From Candidatus Wukongarchaeum yapensis (GTDB taxonomy: Archaea > Asgardarchaeota > Wukongarchaeia > Wukongarchaeales > Wukongarchaeaceae): a DNA stretch of 5,741 bases. The position numbers and the translations under genes are program-made. Each line of letters opens with the position of its first letter. Positions within the stretch are counted from its first letter, which is position 1. Of the stretch, positions 1 to 3,914 are shown piece after piece. Where the stretch lies: positions 1 to 5,741 of the forward strand of contig JAEOSI010000153.1 in the NCBI GenBank assembly GCA_016840425.1, written 5' to 3'. The notes below the pieces were generated by a model. It made no database searches. It was given only the letters and a program-made list of their open reading frames with translations, and was not told the DNA's origin.

Positions 1-578
1 TCTTGTATTTTCAACGCTTTTTGATAATGTTCTAAGGCTTCCCGAAACCTACCCCAAGCATAATACACTTCCCCGATGTTGTTAAGGGTTGTACCTTCTC
101 CTGCCCTGTCTCCTATCTCCTGGCGTATTTTAAGAGATTTTTGATGATATTCTAAGGCTTCCTGATACCTACCCAAAGCACGATACACTAACCCGATGTT
201 GTTAAGGGTTGTACCTTCTCCTGCCCTGTCTCCTATCTCTTCAAATATTTTAAGAGATTTTTGATAATGTTCTAAGGCTTCCTGATACCTGCCCCAAACA
301 CGATATACTAATCCTATGTTGTTAATGCTCGCGGCTTCTCCTTCCCTGCTTCCTATCTCCTCAGATATTTTAAGAGATTTTTGATAATGTTCTAAGGCTT
401 CTTGAAACCTGCCCAAAGCACGATACACTAACCCGATGTTGTTAAGTATGGCGCTAGCATCATCTTTGCTCTCAATTTTAAGAAAAATCTCAACAGATTT
501 TAACCAGAGTTTTATCGCAGTATCAAAATCATAAACATTTAAGGCCTTTTGACCTGCTGCATATAGATCCATTGCTTC
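1..578 (-). repeat. Intragenic tandem repeat with 120-bp (40-aa) period: degenerate unit R0 459-578, R1 339-458, R2 219-338, R3 99-218, partial R4 <1-98
   Basis: Direct alignment at period 120 gives 103/120 identity for 1-120 vs 121-240 and 98/120 for 121-240 vs 241-360. There is a 48-bp exact match between 72-119 and 192-239. No indels occur and the frame is preserved. Confidence 0.97.
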
Positions 579-590
579 CTCATAAGACAC
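1..590 (-). CDS. Tetratricopeptide-repeat protein with 40-aa TPR-like units; 5' part only, 3' end beyond window position 1
   Basis: Hand translation of the minus strand gives an open frame of 196 codons from GTG (588-590) to the window edge, with an in-frame upstream TAA at 606-608. An SD-like GGGAGTG (598-604) lies 7 nt before the GTG; an alternative ATG is at 570-572. Protein: (M)SYEEAMDLYAAGQKALNVYDFDTAIKLWLKSVEIFLKIESKDD ASAILNNIGLVYRALGRFQEALEHYQKSLKISEEIGSREG EAASINNIGLVYRVWGRYQEALEHYQKSLKIFEEIGDRAG EGTTLNNIGLVYRALGRYQEALEYHQKSLKIRQEIGDRAG EGTTLNNIGEVYYAWGRFREALEHYQKALKIQ... It matches the TPR consensus G8/Y11/G15/Y17/A20/Y24/A27. No signal peptide is visible. Confidence 0.93.
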   Translation of the reverse strand, partial: MSYEEAMDLYAAGQKALNVYDFDTAIKLWLKSVEIFLKIESKDDASAILNNIGLVYRALGRFQEALEHYQKSLKISEEIGSREGEAASINNIGLVYRVWGRYQEALEHYQKSLKIFEEIGDRAGEGTTLNNIGLVYRALGRYQEALEYHQKSLKIRQEIGDRAGEGTTLNNIGEVYYAWGRFREALEHYQKALKIQ

Positions 591-597
591 GCTTAAA

Positions 598-604
598 CAC
601 TCCC
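598..604 (-). promoter_or_regulatory. Putative ribosome-binding site for the TPR gene
   Basis: GGGAGTG on the minus strand, 7 nt upstream of GTG 590. This is the same spacing as the tatA SD. Confidence 0.55.
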
Positions 605-650
605 ATTAGTGAAGGAAAAGACTTTATGAAAGACGGGTTGACAAAAAGTT

Positions 651-670
651 CTTTAAAAAATTACTAATCT
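651..670 (-). promoter_or_regulatory. Possible archaeal TATA-like element upstream of the TPR gene (could instead be a U-tract terminator of folD)
   Basis: The minus strand reads agattagtaaTTTTTTAAAG about 60-70 nt upstream of GTG 590. The match is weak and the region is AT-rich. Confidence 0.2.
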
Positions 671-789
671 TTCATTTCTTATTTTGAAATCCTTCCTTTT
701 TTACTTTTGGTTTATTTCATGTTTTTCTTTGTTTTCGGTTCATGTTGATTAATTTATAAAGTAGGTTTTGAAAATGTTTTGCTGATTTT

Positions 790-1635
790 TTAGGGAGTGA
801 TGTTTTTTGCCGCTATGAGGGTATTTTCTAGGAGCATTGCTACGGTCATCGGGCCTACTCCGCCAGGTACTGGAGTGATGTATGATGCTTTGTTTTTTAC
901 GTTTTCAAAATCTACGTCGCCGTAGAGTTTTCCTTCTATCCTGTTTATGCCCACATCTATTACGACTGCATTTTCTTTGATCATCTCTTTTGTAACTGTG
1001 AAGGAGGGACGTCTTCCCACAGCGGTTACGAGAATGTCTGCTTTTTTTGTTTCTTCTTCTAAGTTTTTTGTTTTTGAGTGACAGGTTGTTACCGTTGCGT
1101 CAGCGTTTATCATCATAGCGTATAAGGGGCGACCTACGAGCTTACTCCGGTTTATTATTACCACGTTTTTTCCAGCGACGCCTATTTGATAGTGGTCAAG
1201 GAGATTCATAATGCCTTTTGGCGTACAGGGAACAAGGAGAGAAGGGTTACCTTGGAAAAGCTTTCCGAGATTTACGGGGTGCAAGCCATCTACGTCTTTT
1301 TCGGGGGATATTTTTTCGATGACGATGTTTTCACTTATTTGATTTGGGAGGGGCATTTGTACTAGGATACCGTGAGTGTTTTCGTCATTGTTTAGCTTGT
1401 CTATGAGGTTTAACAACTCTTCTTGTTTCGTTTCTTCGGGAAGTCTATACGTTTTTGAGAGTATGCCTACTTCACTGCAAGCTCTTTCTTTTATTCCAAC
1501 ATAAATTTTAGAACCAGGATCTTCGCCTACGAGTACCGCGGCTAAACATGGTTTTTTCTCCATCTTTTCAATCTCTTCTTTAAAAGAAAGCCTGATCTTT
1601 TCCGCCAGGCCTCTACCGTCCAAAATTTCCGCCAT
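790..1635 (-). CDS. folD: Bifunctional 5,10-methylenetetrahydrofolate dehydrogenase/cyclohydrolase (FolD), 281 aa
   Basis: Family motifs are present in order: YxxxK (YVGIK), GILVQMPLP, KDVDGLHP, PCTPKG, NRSKLVGRP (GRSxxVGxP-type NAD(P) site), CHS, ADIL, VIDVGINR, GDVDF and TPVPGGVGPMTVAMLLENT. SD-like GGGGA at 1642-1646. Confidence 0.97.
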   Translation of the reverse strand: MAEILDGRGLAEKIRLSFKEEIEKMEKKPCLAAVLVGEDPGSKIYVGIKERACSEVGILSKTYRLPEETKQEELLNLIDKLNNDENTHGILVQMPLPNQISENIVIEKISPEKDVDGLHPVNLGKLFQGNPSLLVPCTPKGIMNLLDHYQIGVAGKNVVIINRSKLVGRPLYAMMINADATVTTCHSKTKNLEEETKKADILVTAVGRRPSFTVTKEMIKENAVVIDVGINRIEGKLYGDVDFENVKNKASYITPVPGGVGPMTVAMLLENTLIAAKNITP

Positions 1636-1654
1636 AACAATTCCCCAACGCTTT

Positions 1655-2389
1655 TTATAAGAGGGATTTTAACGGTTTCCCTGCCTTCTCCCACTCCTCC
1701 TCCTGAAAAACTACGTATTTTTCCTGCCTCTTATCCCATTCTTTTTCCCACTCAACCCACTCTTCCCCAGTTAAAACCATCTTTACCTTCCTATCACCAG
1801 GCTCCGGAGGCTCAACTATTTTATCAGCGATCATTTGAACAGCCCTAGGGAACATCCTATGCTCATAAACCAAAATTCTATCAGCGAGAGTTTCAGCCGT
1901 ATCAGCCCACTTTACCCCCACAACCTCTTGAACTATTATCGGTCCAACATCCACACCCTCCGTAACATAATGGATCGTGCAACCAGAGAATCTCACGCCA
2001 TACTTCCACGCTTGCTCCTGTGCATTAAGACCCGGAAAAGCAGGAAGAATAGAAGGATGAATGTTTATAGACCTCCATTTATAATGCCTAATAAAAAGAG
2101 GAGTCAGTATCCGGTCAAACCCTGCTAAAACCACCAATTCAACACCATATTTCTCCATCTCGTCAATGGCTTTTCTCTCAAAATCTTCACGATTAGCCTT
2201 ATCATAAGGAAAAACAACACTGTCTACCCCATAATCCTTTGCAAGCTCCAAAACCTTAGCCTTTTCATTATTACTTACCACAATCCTTAAGTCAACATCT
2301 TTTAACACTTTAAGCCTTACATGATCCGCTATAGCCTTAAAATTCGAGCCACGCCCTGACGCTAAAAAACCTACATTCATTTTCCCCAC
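1655..2389 (-). CDS. purN: Phosphoribosylglycinamide (GAR) formyltransferase, PurN family, 244 aa with C-terminal extension
   Basis: Phosphate-binding loop ASGRGSN, LAGFDRIL, catalytic N109-I-H111 in NIHPSILP, GCTIHYV, D147 in VDVGPII, and E176-H. There is no N-terminal ACT domain, so it is not PurU. GTG start at 2389 with GAGG 7 nt upstream; an alternative ATG is at 2380. The gene lies 19 bp upstream of folD, which supplies 10-formyl-THF. Confidence 0.88.
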   Translation of the reverse strand: MGKMNVGFLASGRGSNFKAIADHVRLKVLKDVDLRIVVSNNEKAKVLELAKDYGVDSVVFPYDKANREDFERKAIDEMEKYGVELVVLAGFDRILTPLFIRHYKWRSINIHPSILPAFPGLNAQEQAWKYGVRFSGCTIHYVTEGVDVGPIIVQEVVGVKWADTAETLADRILVYEHRMFPRAVQMIADKIVEPPEPGDRKVKMVLTGEEWVEWEKEWDKRQEKYVVFQEEEWEKAGKPLKSLL

Positions 2390-2410
2390 AATCCTTCCTC
2401 TAAATCCCTA

Positions 2411-2433
2411 CTATAATAGAATTTTTATCGATT
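2411..2433 (-). promoter_or_regulatory. Possible internal BRE/TATA promoter for purN-folD
   Basis: The minus strand reads cgataaaaattc-TATTATAG, ending 21 nt before GTG 2389. This is the right distance for a near-leaderless archaeal transcript, but the consensus match is imperfect. Confidence 0.3.
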
Positions 2434-3333
2434 TTAGGTCGCGGTCACTCCTTTTTCTCTTTTTCCTCGCGATTTCACAGCGTGCAACGCTTCTTTTACA
2501 AGAATTTTTTTAGCTAATTCTTTTGTTTTCCTCAAGCTTTCTTTCCTTTCTATACGTTTCGCGATTGAAATAGTTGCGTAATATTCGATTATCATGGGTA
2601 CTAATAATATCATCATAGTTATCCCCGAAGGATCTGGAGTCACCACCGCAGTCACTACCGCGAGAACAAAAATAAACTCACGAGACCGCTTTCTTAAATC
2701 ATCCGTAGTGAAAACACCCGCCAACACAAGCATCGTCAAAAAAACAGGAAAAGTAAAAGCCAACCCTATCCCTATAACCGCTATAAAAAGAAAAGTCAGA
2801 AAACTATCCAAAGTGTAAATGGGCATAACATCAGCATAATAAACCAAATCGATAAGAACACCATAAGTTATAGGCAAAATCACAACAAAAGCAATAAAAG
2901 CACCCGCATAAAAAAGCAAACAAAAAGAAACTACAAACCACTTAAAATACGCCTTCTCCTCCTCAAACAAAGCCCTCTCAACAAAAAGATAAATCTCCCT
3001 CGCAATAAAAGGAACAACAGTCAAAATACCGAAAATAAGACTCACCGCAACATAAGCCCAAAAAATCGCCGAAAAATCCGTCACATAAAGATCCAACCTA
3101 TGAGACAACATATAACCCTTTAACTCTTTAATCAAACGAACACACATAGGCTCATAATCTTTAAGAGACAGCCTACCATCAAGAAAACTCCCCGGCGCAA
3201 AAGCCCAAAAAGCACTAGCTAAAAGAATAGCCGCAAAAATCCTCCTAAGACGCCTCACAAGCTCCTGTAAATGGCTTACCAACTCCTCCTCATAATCACC
3301 AGGCGGGATCCCAAAACCATCACTACTCTTCAA
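2434..3333 (-). CDS. tatC: Twin-arginine translocase subunit TatC, 299 aa, divergent
   Basis: HLQELVRRL (HLxELRxRL-like), F-V-E-R-A-L-F-E-E-E (FxxPxLxxxE-like), FxFP and TPDP motifs; about six hydrophobic segments; adjacent to tatA. TTG start at 3333 has an in-frame TAG at 3337-3339 just upstream and GGTGGGG at 3344-3350. Confidence 0.93.
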   Translation of the reverse strand: MKSSDGFGIPPGDYEEELVSHLQELVRRLRRIFAAILLASAFWAFAPGSFLDGRLSLKDYEPMCVRLIKELKGYMLSHRLDLYVTDFSAIFWAYVAVSLIFGILTVVPFIAREIYLFVERALFEEEKAYFKWFVVSFCLLFYAGAFIAFVVILPITYGVLIDLVYYADVMPIYTLDSFLTFLFIAVIGIGLAFTFPVFLTMLVLAGVFTTDDLRKRSREFIFVLAVVTAVVTPDPSGITMMILLVPMIIEYYATISIAKRIERKESLRKTKELAKKILVKEALHAVKSRGKREKGVTAT

Positions 3334-3398
3334 AAACTACAAGCCCCACCACAAACCAAAAAAATAAAACCCCTGAAACTTCTCAAAAATATTTCTAC

Positions 3399-3674
3399 CT
3401 ATTCCTTCGACTCTAAAATCTCTTTCGCTATCTCCTCCACCGTTTTCCCTTCAGTCTTAATACCAAGCTTCTTAGCAGCCTCAATTAAAGCAACTTCTTC
3501 CGTTACCTCTTTTGAACCACTCTCTCGACCACCAGGCCTTTCCTTTCGACCAGCCTCATACTCAGACTGAGCCTCTCCTACACTTCTCGCCAACCGAGGA
3601 AGCCTCGACGCACCAAACAACAACAAAAATATGAAGAGTATAATTAAGAGCTCTGTAGCGCCCACAGTAGTCAT
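3399..3674 (-). CDS. tatA: Twin-arginine translocase TatA/TatE family subunit, 91 aa; start corrected from 3734
   Basis: MTTVGATELLIILFIFLLLFGASRLPRLARSVGEA gives one TM helix, an FG hinge and an amphipathic helix. A strong GGAGGT SD (3682-3687) lies 7 nt upstream of ATG 3674. The extra 20 aa in the ORF track do not resemble TatA. Confidence 0.92.
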   Translation of the reverse strand: MTTVGATELLIILFIFLLLFGASRLPRLARSVGEAQSEYEAGRKERPGGRESGSKEVTEEVALIEAAKKLGIKTEGKTVEEIAKEILESKE

Positions 3675-3681
3675 ACAAAAA

Positions 3682-3687
3682 ACCTCC
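3682..3687 (-). promoter_or_regulatory. Shine-Dalgarno site of tatA
   Basis: Perfect GGAGGT 7 nt before the ATG. Confidence 0.8.
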
Positions 3688-3837
3688 AAAACACACAAAA
3701 ATTTCCTGAAAAAACTATCTACGAATTTAACCAATAATCAAAACAAAAAGAATAATACCGCATTAAAAACTCTTCCGTTTACGCTAAAAAATGATGAACA
3801 ATTAGGAAAAAAAGGGAACGTCGTTAAAAATCTCAGC

Positions 3838-3910
3838 ATAAAAAAACAAAAATAAAAGCGCCTAAAAAAGCGTAAAAAATGAATAAAAAAAAGGGATAAA
3901 AACCGGTTTT
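3838..3910 (-). terminator. Probable archaeal U-tract terminator region downstream of atpA
   Basis: After the atpA stop the transcript reads AACUAAAACCGGUUUUUAUCCCUUUUUUUUAUUCAUUUUUUACGCUUUUUUAGG. Multiple oligo-U tracts are the established archaeal termination signal. Confidence 0.55.
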
Positions 3911-3914
3911 AGTT

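Noticed and set aside
1-458. CRISPR array
   Set aside because: The period is 120 bp with similarity along the whole unit and no unique spacers. The array translates in frame as TPR motifs.
1-458. Diversity-generating retroelement TR/VR pair
   Set aside because: Differences are not adenine-specific on either strand (e.g. C/G at unit position 2, C/T at 42-43, G/T at 75, A/G at 51). All copies are in-frame coding units and there is no reverse transcriptase in the window.
638-668. Bacterial sigma70 promoter (TTGACA at 638-643, + strand)
   Set aside because: There is no good -10 element at 17 bp, it points antisense into folD, and the context is archaeal. Probably chance in AT-rich DNA.
753-760. 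Palindromic TTTATAAA as a TATA box
   Set aside because: No convincing BRE, 160 nt from the nearest start, and direction ambiguous.
1835-2128. + strand ORF, 97 aa
   Set aside because: Antisense shadow of purN with no recognisable motifs.
2594-2818. + strand ORF, 74 aa
   Set aside because: Antisense shadow of tatC; stop-poor because of the A/C-rich + strand.
790-3333. Horizontal transfer as the cause of codon differences between folD and purN/tatC
   Set aside because: The same flip occurs inside atpA and inside folD and continues into the spacers, so it does not follow gene boundaries.
3271-3570. + strand ORF, 99 aa
   Set aside because: Overlaps both tatC and tatA antisense; no motifs.
3675-3734. 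N-terminal 20-aa extension of TatA in the ORF track
   Set aside because: The perfect GGAGGT SD and the TatA family N-terminus both point to ATG 3674.
3631-3855. + strand ORF, 74 aa, K/N-rich
   Set aside because: Low-complexity translation of A-tracts; overlaps the tatA start and SD antisense.
3791-3860. Archaeal C/D box sRNA (ATGATGA box C match at 3791-3797, + strand)
   Set aside because: No downstream CTGA box D on the same strand within the expected distance.
3675-3914. Replication origin
   Set aside because: AT-rich, but no ORB-like repeats or G-strings and no adjacent orc1/cdc6 gene; the skew does not switch here.
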